DNA of 64,000 nt. Source: Tubiluchus corallicola (taxonomy: Eukaryota; Animalia; Priapulida). The notes beneath the pieces are model-generated. The model ran no database searches. It was not told the origin of the DNA and saw only the letters and a list, made by a program, of their open reading frames with translations. The stretch covers positions 310,001 through 374,000 of the forward strand of contig JAQGDQ010000151.1 in NCBI GenBank assembly GCA_030141605.1. Reading direction: 5' to 3'. Each line of letters starts with the position of its first letter. Positions within the stretch are counted from its first letter, which is position 1. Below, in pieces: positions 1 to 12,100 of the stretch. Position numbers and translations under genes: made by a program.

Positions 1-5
1 TTTGC

Positions 6-3000
6 ATGGAGAAGCAACCGTGTTATCCCGACTGGGTAGCTTACTGCCAAAAAGCAATGGAGGTCTGCATTAGGCGACAAGTCAAATGTAATTTATCAAA
101 CTTGAACAAATGTGACATATATTTCAGGTACTGTGTGGATGGTTGCAAAGTGTTCTCGAATGACTCAACTTGTAGCTATTACTGCAGTCAAAGGAAAATT
201 AACTGTACTAATGCTGCGAACGGTACATGCGAATCGACTGCTGTTTGTTTAAGAAAGAGAAATTTGTTATGTGTTGAAACGCTTTTTCTCCTTCCTAAAA
301 GGCAGTATTGTAAGGACCTTTATTACAATTGCAGTGCAGAAGGCGAGGCGAGGTGTGATCGCGAACTTGCGAACTGCAACGGCGAGTGTCGTTTGTGTAA
401 GCCACGTTGTGATTCAGCACTCCTGGGTGACTGTCTTGCTTTCTGCGATCAGGAACATTTTAACTGTGCAAAAGCTAAACCGGAGAAATGCAAAAAATTT
501 ATGCAACAGTTTCACAATGTCTCTTTGTGCGATCAGATATTATGGCCAGAAGATGAGCTGACTAACGATGTGCAAGAGCCAGTACCTGCAGCAAATGGTA
601 TGTTTTGTTAGAAAGCTAAGCGGAATAATAACATGGCCTAACATTGGTACTCTCTAGCAAGGAGATCATGTTAGCATGTCATGAACCTCTTATTTTAAGT
701 ATCTTTTAAGGCAGGATTTCACAGGACTTCAACTTTTTTGAGGTAAATAAAAATTTCCTAAATCCAACTGTCACCAAAATATTTATGCGAATGTATTTTG
801 TCTCAAACCATTTGTGTGAAGTTTGTGTGACTTTCGTTGCACTTTTGCGAATTTCGTGTTTTTCTTGAGCAAAAATGTGGTGTGAAATTTGCAATTTTTT
901 GGTTATCTTTGCCGACTTTAGGGACACTTGTGCGACAAAGCGACTGTCACAAAACATTCGCAAAACAGTCAAAACATTATGATCACTACAATATCACGAA
1001 ATTTTCACAAGGTCCACCAAAATGCCACAAAATCTTTGCCAAGTTTTTGCAGATTCTGAAATTGTTCCAACGTTTGGCAACAAATTTTCACAGATCTGAT
1101 ACATGTTACTACAACTATGACAGTTTGGCGAAGCTTTGGCAAGGTATTGAATTTTGAGTAGTAGTGGGTGCGGTCATTTACAAGATTACTTCGATTACTT
1201 AATATCAATAGTATCAATTACTTTGTTAAGTGATTGAATATAAACAATTACTTTTGTGCCTATAAATTTATAATAAATTTTGAAATACAAAAAAATAAAA
1301 ATTTGTTTGAAATAATTTTTAACGTGGTAAAATCATGGAAGTGAACATAACTACACCTTCTCACACCGACTCCAGTTAAGTTTTATCAGTTTAGCATGAC
1401 CAGAAGCCTAACAAATTTGCTGACTATAAAAATAAGTATTTTAATGTAAGTTACTTCAGAAGTTTCTCGCAAATAAATTTAAGGAAACTTTTTAAATAAA
1501 ACGTGATAAGTGTCTCATACTCTATTATAGGGAAGGTCTATAATAACTAAAGTATATGCTGCTGAAGATTCTAGAGACTTGGGCGTTTATTCATTGCAAC
1601 TCTGAGTGACAGAAACACAAATCTGTATATAGACACCCATGTCAGGTACAGATGCCGAAGCCCAATCACAGTAATCGTTAATCGCCTCTTCATTAAATCA
1701 GCGGTATCACCCACCACTAGTCTTGCGACTTCGGTGACAAACTTCATACATCATTTAAAAAATTTCCAAAGTCGATAATTTTTCCACTTTTTTGCAACTG
1801 TCTGGCAAACTTTCGGTGCATCTTCGGCGACATCTTCGGATCACTGAAGTCGCGAACCCTGTGAAAGGCTTTAATGTGAATGTGCTCTAGCATCTATTGC
1901 TTTTAGAATGCTTGTTTTTTATCTTAGATTCAAATATCTGCCTCCTAACAGTTCATCTTGCTTATGGGCAGCAATAGCAGATTGAACTTTATCCCACTGT
2001 GAAGTTGCAGCTTGTGATTAAATATTAAACATGCTATATGTTAGCTGTTAAACTGTTTTTCTTAGTGCTAATAAAATACTGGAATAGCCTTGGCATTACG
2101 AAATTCTCACTTATTGTGAAGGGTCTTTATTATGCCTTTTGCAATGTAGAAAATCATTTATTTTCTTTTTTTACAGTTGGTAATGTTCTCTATCACATTG
2201 CATTGCTGACAGCTGATGTGCAGTTTAGTGGAACCGCTGCAACTGTGGCTGTTTCTCTTCATGGCAGTTTGAACAGTACTTATGGAAGAGCCTTGGACAG
2301 CACTATACGCGACTTCAGTCGAGGACAGTAAGTTTTAGTAGTGCTCAGTGAGCTTCAGGATCGTTATTCAGAGAGTTACTTTACACTGTAGAAACTGATT
2401 CTTTTAGCAAACGAAAACAGCAAATTATACGGTGATGAAAAGTTTTAAATGCTGTAATTTTAGTCGGAGTCCCAGGAAATACTACATTTAACCTACACGT
2501 GACTAACCTTCACCGGGCAGTGTAAGCTGCTACATTTTCACTGTATATTACATGATGTGTTTATTGTTTATTAATTTAAAAGAGCTGTAAAGCAGCTTAC
2601 AGTTCTGGTAATTGTTAACATGTACACAATCGAAATTTGGCTATTTTTTGGTAATAATATAGTGTAGTAATAATTTTTGGTAGCCTAATTTATACCAGTA
2701 TTATATGTGTTGTACCAGTATACATGTTTGGTGTATTTGATTGTACATTATAGAAGTAATTTTAAGCTCTTTTTTCACTTGGTATCACAACCAAATTTAT
2801 GATTTTATGTGGCATAATGGAAGAATACTGGGCTGTATGGCTTTTTTAAACAATTCGAAATCCTGCAAACATTCAATGGCATAAAATTCAAAAATGAATG
2901 GTCGTTGTGAAATAGGAATCTGAGTCATTATCAAGTCTATGACTCGAGATTTAGGACTAGTCAATAAACACATTTAGCTGTGTATACGTTCTCTCTCAGC

Positions 3001-6000
3001 ATGGTTAGAGTAAAACCTAATACAGTTGATCTATCCGCCCACTAATCAGCTTGGTTAGTCAGTTAGCCAGTCATTTTTAACTTCGGTTGCCAAGATGACA
3101 CCACATACACTAGGCCATGCATCTTGCTCCAAGGCGAGTTCTTTAAAAAGACACTTTGTTACTTTCAGAACCTCAAACAGGGATCTTTCAGCATTTTAAC
3201 AAATGCAGATTTGTATGAACAGACTTGAAAGAATTAATTTGGACATACATGTATACATGTTCAACAGCTTTGTGAGAGAAATGTATTTACAAGACTTAGT
3301 GTAACACGTTTAGACCCATATTGATATTGCCCACATCAGTGTTGTATTTGCATGTGTGTGTCTGGGGGGGGGGGGGTGCGTGCGTGCGTGTGTGTGTGTG
3401 TGCATGCGTGTGTGTGTGCGTACGTGCGTGCGTGTGTGATATATAGGTAGAATAGATTTTTAAACTCAGTATCTGTTATATCTGAAGATCTCTGTGGCAA
3501 GTCTCTCAGTTTTTTCTAGTCTCCTCACTTATCTTTTTTAGCCAAATTAGCAATATAAATATTTTATGGTGCTATTTACTTTCAGAGTTGACTGGTTTCA
3601 AATTGAGGAAACAGATGTGGGGCAAATAAACAGTATCAGTGTTTGGCATGACAATACCGGACCAGACCCAAAGTGGTTGCTCGAAAAGGTAGTCCCTGGT
3701 GGAGAAAACTAGTTTCACTAATCTCAAGCTCTGTGTTTTGAAAGGAGACATTACATGATTTACTCTTGCAATCTGACTATATAAATTTACTTTTTATGTA
3801 GATTTATAATAAATAAAAAGCAAAAGTAATTATTCTCATACATGCATGTATGTAAGCCAAAACCGTCCACAAGTTGTTATAGTTAAAACTTGGTTATGAT
3901 CGTTCAAACTAGAACAAGTCAATCAATGTTTTGCTTATCACTATACTAAATGCAAAACATATTGGGATTTAATATTCTTCTATCAAATTGTTAATAAAAT
4001 GTTTTAAAAATACTAAAAATTGAATAACTTTATAACTTCCATCCAGCTTCTCTGCCTAAAAGGGTAGTATTTCGGTTGCAAAAAACTTGTATTTTGTAAC
4101 TCATGGTATGTAGCTCATGGAAGCAGCCATTTTGCTTGCAGTGCTTCTTGTTGTCAAGCCAACTCTAACAACCATTTTCAAACGTGACTTCAAGACGCTC
4201 TTACAAAACCCATAGTACTGCATTTTTGTAATTTTACTAAAAGATTTTTTTTAGAAATGGGACAAAAACAATGCAAACTTTAACAGTGGTTTTTTTTTTT
4301 TGTAGACTAACTTTCAGTGTTCATCTCAAACAAAGATCATCTCAGGTCAGAAATGACATAGAGTGATGAGCTTGATATTAAAATGATCCTTATGAAACAT
4401 AAAGATTGAGGACATTTGCAATAATTAAAGTACAGTACGAACTATGAAGAATAAAAGTTGAACAACAAAAATATATTTATGTTCGTACAAGTTATTTGGT
4501 ATCAAATGGCCTGAAGTTATGAAGAAAGGCCTTTGGAGTAAGCAGATCCAAATAAGAAAACTGCTTTGGACTAGATGTGCATTACGATTGCCCAGAATCA
4601 TTTCTTCCTACAATGCTGCATAAAGCTCTTATGTCAACAATAGCCAACTACTCACATAATTAAATGTTCATAGTTAAAATCAACACAACCTTATTTAAAC
4701 TTTCACTTTACAAAGGTAAAAAGCTAATATTATGTCAAACGTTTCGATAGACTACTGCTGCCATCATCAGTGGTAATTTACGAACATACAACCAGTTTAT
4801 ATAGGCAGAGCAGATCAATGAAGAAATTGATACAATAACTTATGCACGAATCGATAGTAATGCATTAGTAACTAGCACTAAGCATTAAACAACATACTTG
4901 AATGCTAAGCTCTTCACAGTAAGAATTTGTGAGCATTTGGATATTTTGTCTAAAACTGGCAAAAAATTTAAAGTCTCCTCAGTTCAGGATTAATGACCAT
5001 AGTTGCGCCTCTAGCCACAAAGCTGGTTTTGATAATCTTAATGTTACGACCAGAGCTACAAATAACTGAGACTTACTAATAAAAGAAAGTTTATCTATAT
5101 ACCCTAATAAGCCTTATCTTAATGTACAAAGCAGTTCAATTCCTTTAACTTTATTTTCAAATTCTTAGCTATTTGTTACTGTATCAATTTCTTTACTGGT
5201 CTGCTTGTTCATTGCCTATTTGGCTTCTGTTAACTACCTTCTGTTAACTGCATAATGGGTTCTGCCTATATAAACTGTTTGTATGTTTGTAAATTTACCA
5301 TTGTTGGTGACAGCAGTAGTTTGTCAAAACGTTTGGCATGTTTTTAACTTTGTAAAGTAATAGTTTTAATGTAGTTGTGTCATTTTTAGCTATAAATGTT
5401 TTTAAGAGCCTAATAATTAATTGTTCTGCGAAAGGCTTAGCAAGTACAACTCCAAATTTAGTACAATCGTATGTAGTTGCAGCTGACAGGAGTATTTGGC
5501 ATCAACAAGTTGCATTGACATGTCGTGTTTTAGAACATCGAAGCACATAGATCACAAGTAACTAAGAAAGCATAATTGCTGATGTGCACATGTTTTTGCT
5601 TTGCAAGCACACTTGTGGTACTTTATGAAATGTTATTGTGAATGTGAAATTTGCCAATTAGATTGTCAGTCCATTACATTTACTTGTATTTGAAAGTGAA
5701 TTTTTGTGAATACTTTATTAGGTTATCTTGGTGAAACAATATCATCAGTTTACTTGTCCTTGCATGACATGGCTAGAGGGACCTCCTAACATCAATCTTC
5801 AGACAATACCGTGCTTTCTTAGTGCAGATTATACTCCTATAGGTATTCGTAAAATTTAATTTGTCATACTATTAATTAGACATGTATGCTTACCTTGCAT
5901 TTTCCTTCGACAACCATTTTATTTAAATTGCAAGTTTTTCTTGATGACTGTTTAAAGTATTGTAGTCGCCACTTAATAGACTCATTTTGGGATCGACGTG

Positions 6001-9000
6001 TTTTGACCCAATTAACCGACTGAGCCTATAAACCGATGGGTGTAGTATTACTGCTATAGAAGTATGAGTCATCAGGTTACTATGCACCGCAAAGCTTTTA
6101 ATTAATTTTAGAAACGAAGTAATGCCTAAATTCCTTTGTGCAGTTAAAAATTAGGAAAAAATATTTTAAAATATTAATTTATATAAGTGAATCAACAATA
6201 AATTAAAAATTATACTTTTCTAAATCACACTTTTCTCTTGCATTTGTAAACCACACTTATAACGCTGACTCCACTTCACAGTCGTTTCCTGTGCATCGCC
6301 TGTCAGATGCTAGATACTCATTTTGGCTTGCTGACTGCTCAATTTCTGATTGAATTTCGGATTGTTTTTTCACTATTCTGCCGTGAGTACTTTGAGAAAT
6401 TTTCAACTGTGCTGCTGCACACCTCTGCCCCATCTTTGGAAGTTTATTGTACTGCTCTAAAATATTCAGTTTCTCCTTAACTGCTAGATCTTTATGCTTA
6501 TGCTCCATTTTTCAAACTTCCTAACTCTATGCCCTTATTTGCTGTGTGATGTTTACTCTTGTAATTCACAACGAATACTGACTGATTACTGTAACTGCAT
6601 CTTTGGCTCTTAACTCATTATGCTGAAAGCATGGCTTGCAACAAGAGCATCAAAAGCTAACTGCTAGGCAAGTGATTCAATGTTTAGCTTCCAGAAATTC
6701 TTTGGGTAACGAGGTTAATTGCAGTGGGCGAGCAGGTAACAGATTCAAAGCAAAACCTAGCATATACTAACAAAACAAAACGGTACTTAACATGATTGTT
6801 GCTACATATATGATGCACAAATGGGAAGTAAAGATAACATAAAAGTAGGAAAGGTTGTTTGCGCACATTTTAAGTACATGAAAGAAAAATACTAAGTCAA
6901 TTAAGCGAAGTTATTTGAGTCAATTAAGAGATTGAGTCTATTAACCGTGAGTCTATTAAGCGGCGGCTATTGTAGTATGTTAGCAAAGCAATCATCAAAT
7001 TAGTCTCTCTTCCAGAAAAAATATACTCGGTTTCAAATTTAATAGCATGTCAGTTGAAATATTTCTTACATATGCTGGGTTAACGTTTTAAACTTTTCCA
7101 AGTCAGTATTGTATATTTACTATTAATATCAAATGTGAACTGTCGCATTATTTTTACTGAAAAGGGCGCTTCACTAGCTAGGACTTGCGGCGCCCTGCAT
7201 GGGCGATACTTGATGTTCATGGACACTTTTTTCCTTTTCCCTTTGAAAAATAATAGCATAGCAGCATCCTTGTGTGGTAATTGCTTTTAGATTTCTAAAA
7301 TTTAACAGTGTTGTCTCATAGTTGCAAGAAGCTGTGAAGATAACTTGAAAACTTTGTGGTGTGAAAATAAATGAGTTCTTCCTGTATGCTTTAGAGGTTT
7401 CTTCAAATGTTAATACAGGAAAGAGCTTGTTTATAAGTAATTATCACAGTTAATTCGAGATGCAGAAACTTTGAAAGTGAAGAAAACTGTAAGTTTTACA
7501 AAAATATTAAATTATAATTGTCTTCCACAAAAGGTGCCAGAAAATATTATTAATGTGAAGTGCTTGTTTGTCTATGAGAATCGTACTTATCACGTAAAAC
7601 TTCTGGATTTCTAATACTGTACATTACTATGGTTATAGTTAATAAAATCTCTTATAAACAGAAACCTGTTGTAATTACTTTTGTGTGAAAGTGTAAATAT
7701 TTACTTTTTTCAGATCCAGAACTGGCGCGTGTAAACTTCAAAATAAGTTTTGCTTCCTTTCAGTGTTTATTCTGGAATTTCACATTGGAACAATGGTCTT
7801 CTGAGAACTGTATGGTAATGCTGATTTTGTAATCATTAGCTTAACACTTTTGTTGATAAAAAGTGCAGTTACTGTTAAACACATATCAAAACTTTAAGTT
7901 CTAGTATTCACAATAAAATTTACTTCCCTCATTTGGTTATAATCACTGCGAGGTATCTGTCGATGAATGGAACTTCTTGCATGGATTTGTGCTAAAGAAA
8001 ACAGTTTCGCCCAATTAAAAATGCCTGCTGATCAAAATTTTTGCTTGTTCATGTATCCTGTAGAGTTTTCTGAACAAAGCTGTTGTGTTGCACCAAAACG
8101 TGATGTTAAATTGAAACCATGTTTTCCGTAGGAAATAGTATAAAAGCTTGCAGTTGTTATCAGAACCAGTGCAACTTTTTGTAGAAACGATAGTGTTAAA
8201 AGACAAGTAATTACTTTCAAATTTTATTTTTGAACTATTTTATTACTTATCCATAGGCACCTATATAATATAACAAACAAATTCATAAATCTCACAGCAG
8301 TTGAAAAAATGTTTGAAAAGTCATTTTTGGCCTTGTCAGCCTAATTTTGCCTAGTTCTGTTTGATTTACAATGCAATAATATCATAACACTTCATGAAGC
8401 CATTTTTACAGGTTGGGCCTAACAGGACATGGAACAAAATCCATTGTCAGTGCCTCCACATGTCTACATTTGCTGGACGTTTTTTTGTCATGCCAAACAA
8501 GATCCATCCTTTCAAAGACATTGTCTTGTTTGCCGAGTTTTTCAATAACCCCGTCATTGTCGTGTTTGTTTTGTTCATATGGATGCTGTACTTTGTTGTG
8601 TTGATTTATGCAAGAAGAAAGGATCGGGAGGATGTAATACGGGTTAGTTATTTATATGCTATTAAACTAGGTGGACATTTTGCCATTGTCTTTTTGTTTA
8701 AACTGTCTGCCTATTTATTTTACCTCAGATCATTAATTTTTAATGACTCCATTATACATTCGCTTGCTTATGTCTAAGAATTATGCTTGTGTTATAAAGT
8801 ATATTTCAGTTGCCATTGTTATTATGTTTCTGTTGTCAGATCTTTATTTCAGTTCTTGTTTGATGTTATAAGCAGATCATTTTAATGTCATTCGTAACAA
8901 TTAAATTTTTATTATAAGCAGTACTAACACTAATACATTGTAGCATAGCACCTATAAAAATATTCATCACTAACCAAAGGGCAGCTGAATAGATGCAAAT

Positions 9001-9132
9001 TGGTCTTTCGCTGCTCTTTCTTCACATTTTTGTTTCAAATTTAATTGCATTATAACTGTGCGTGTGTTGCAAGATAAATAAAAAGATTATTATTGTTGCT
9101 GTTGTTGTTGTTGCTGTTGCTGTTGTTGTTGT

Positions 9133-9166
<34 letters not shown>

Positions 9167-12100
9167 GTTGTTTTTATTAATATATAAGCCTTCACGATGT
9201 ACTTTCTTTATTAACATACTTACATCTATCCATGTGCACACTTGTTAGCTCTAGCTGTTACTTAAGCTGGAATTGAAAGATCAGATCTGATTCAGGATTT
9301 TTTTATTTTTGACAATAATATGAGGAGGAAAAGAAAGGCATTTACTTGCAAAAAAATAATGTTGTTATCTCGTCTAATAGTGATACAGTAACTTGAATTA
9401 ATTGGCCTTGAATAAGGAATAGATTCGAGAATAATGGAATAAACTTATACAGTATGATTTCAGTAAGCAGCATAGTACAGCTTAAGCAGTTAAACTTTGG
9501 AGTGAAATGCATTTTTTGTCATCAGTAGTAGTGAAATTAGCTTTTCAATTAAATTTTGTTTATATTTCCAGTTGGGTGTGACAGTTTTGGAAGAGAACAA
9601 TCTCTTTGACACGTACACATATCTTATAACAACACATACTGGTATGAGACAAGATGCCCAGACAACTGCTTTGGTTACAGTGGTTCTACAAGGTTCCTTA
9701 AAGTTTTTATATTGCTTAAATAAGATTATGATGAGATCACTAATGTTATCAATCTGTTGCTTGTAATTCATTGTATCAATTGTGGAACCAATCAAACAAA
9801 TGATTTGTTAAATGATATGAATAGCATAGATACCAGTGTTTGTTAGTAGATTATTTAGATAATATTACTTCAATAATGGTTACGAATGTGTTTAAAGGTT
9901 TGTGAAAAGTACTGGCCGCAAAACTACTTTTTAAGGAAATATATTACACTACAAATGTATTATATACTTGTTTTATTTTCTTAGGAGAAGTAGGACAAAG
10001 TTTGCCAATAGCACTTTTTGATAGAAATCGACCTATCATGACTAAAGCATCCCAGGACTCGTTTGTAATGACCACACCACATTGCCTGGGAAATTTGCAT
10101 TCTCTTCAAGTTTGGCATGACAATAAAGGAGACAATCCTTCTTGGTAAGTACATGCTTGGAATAGCACTCGATTTTACACAAGAAATGTTTTAACTGTTA
10201 TGTAGGGCAGGCATTTTGATATACAATTTATGTAGGATAAATTTTCCTGAATTGTTTTTTATGCAAATTATCATAAACAAAAGTGCTCTAGCTTTTATTA
10301 TTTGAACAAGAGTAACATGCCTGTCCTATATATTCATGCTGTAAATGCTTTAGTAATGTCTATTTTACAAGTTATGAAGCAGCATTTATCAAGAAAAGCA
10401 ACCTCTTCCTTGTGTAAAGTTTTAGTTTACAGATAATAAGCAGCTGGCCAATGACAACTGCTAAATGCACGATTTTTTTTGTTTCTCTGCAATAGAGCAA
10501 TGAGAGATAATAAGGATTGGTTACATAACAACAGTATTTACTTAAGGTTTTTGAGACAAATCATCATAAAGGATATACAGACAGACCATACTTGGTTTTT
10601 TATCTACAATAACTGGCTAGCCGTTGATCGTGGACCTAAGACCATTTATTGTACATTGAAGCCAGCTGGTGAAAATCAGTTGAAGGTAACTTTATAATCT
10701 TGCACAAGTATTTTTTATATACAATTTGCCATTTTATAAGTTGTTGTCTAACCATTCACAGCCAGTCTTGTTTCATGATAATGGTTTGCTGTGTGCGTGT
10801 GTGAGTGTCCTGTGTATGTGTATGAAGGTGCGTGTGCATGCATGACCATGTGTGAGTGTCCTATGTATGCGTATGAAGGTGCGTGTGCATGCATGACCAT
10901 GTGTGAGTGTCCTGTGTATGTGTATGAAGGTGCGTGTTTGTGTGCGTGTGCATGCATGACCATGTGTGAGTGTCCTGTGTATGTGTATGAACGTGTGTGT
11001 GTGCATGACCATGTGTGAATGTCTTGTGTATGTGTGTGCAAGCATGTGGATGGGCAGGCGCATGTGCGCATGCATGCATGAGAGAGAGACACAGAGGAAG
11101 ATATGAAATTGAACTCATTAATGGTAATAGTTTGTTGAACTGCCAAAAATGTCTTGACCATATTTGGGCACATATCCACCTGGGTGTTCTCAGTGAAATA
11201 AATAGTGGCTTTGTGAAACCACCCAAAAGCAGTTATTTTAGCAAGCACCATTTATTGTTTCAGTCAACCAGATCTGACTTTGCTTAACTTTACTGTTGCT
11301 TGAAACTAACATTTGAGAGGTTTTCAAGTAAAGAGAATACAATAATGGAGCTATTACAATAACATAGTATATCTTGTCAAATAATGTTTAAAATGCAAAA
11401 AACTAATAATCGTTCTGTCATTTAATAGTCAAAGTCAGTTAATTCTAATTATAATGTAGAAACACAAAATCTGCAAACTGAAATAAGTTTGTAGTAGAAA
11501 ATAGATAGTTGTTTGACAGTTTTTACACTACAACAGTATCAAACAATCGGATTATCAAGCTTGAAGAACTACTGAAGTTAATTAGCTCAGCTAACCAATC
11601 TTCTGTATTATATACATATATATATGATATATATACTTAAACTAGTACAAAATACTTGCACTAGCATTGTAAAAGCTATTTCATGATATAAACCTTAGTT
11701 ATTTACCTTATAAACTAATAAAAACTACAAATTTTAGTTGGTAACTACATGGTCACTAGAGCATGAAGACTCACATTTGTGTCACTATTTTGACAATTAT
11801 GCAACATATCACTGAGCTAAAAGCAAGCACATGCTTATTGGATTCAGTTTGAGCACCAGTATAGAATATATCACTATGACTATGCATAATGAAAAATGAA
11901 AATAAATGGAACATCTTCATCACAAGATCTACTCTCAGTGTTATGAGAAATAATGATTTGTTGTTAAAAATGATTATAATTTTTTGCAGCAATTCTCTCA
12001 CCTCTTCACAAATAAATTCGTGGGAGATTTGAGAGATGATCACCTGTGGGCCAGCATATTTTGGAGACCTCCACAAAGTGCTTTTACACGAGTCCAGGTT

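Noticed and set aside
10799-11040. CRISPR-like array
   Set aside because: Head-to-tail repeats with no unique spacers, no cas genes, and a eukaryotic intron context.
10748-11287. His/Cys-rich ORFs resembling a metallothionein or His-rich protein
   Set aside because: They are translations of a GT-rich minisatellite inside an intron, open on both strands, with no supporting gene structure.
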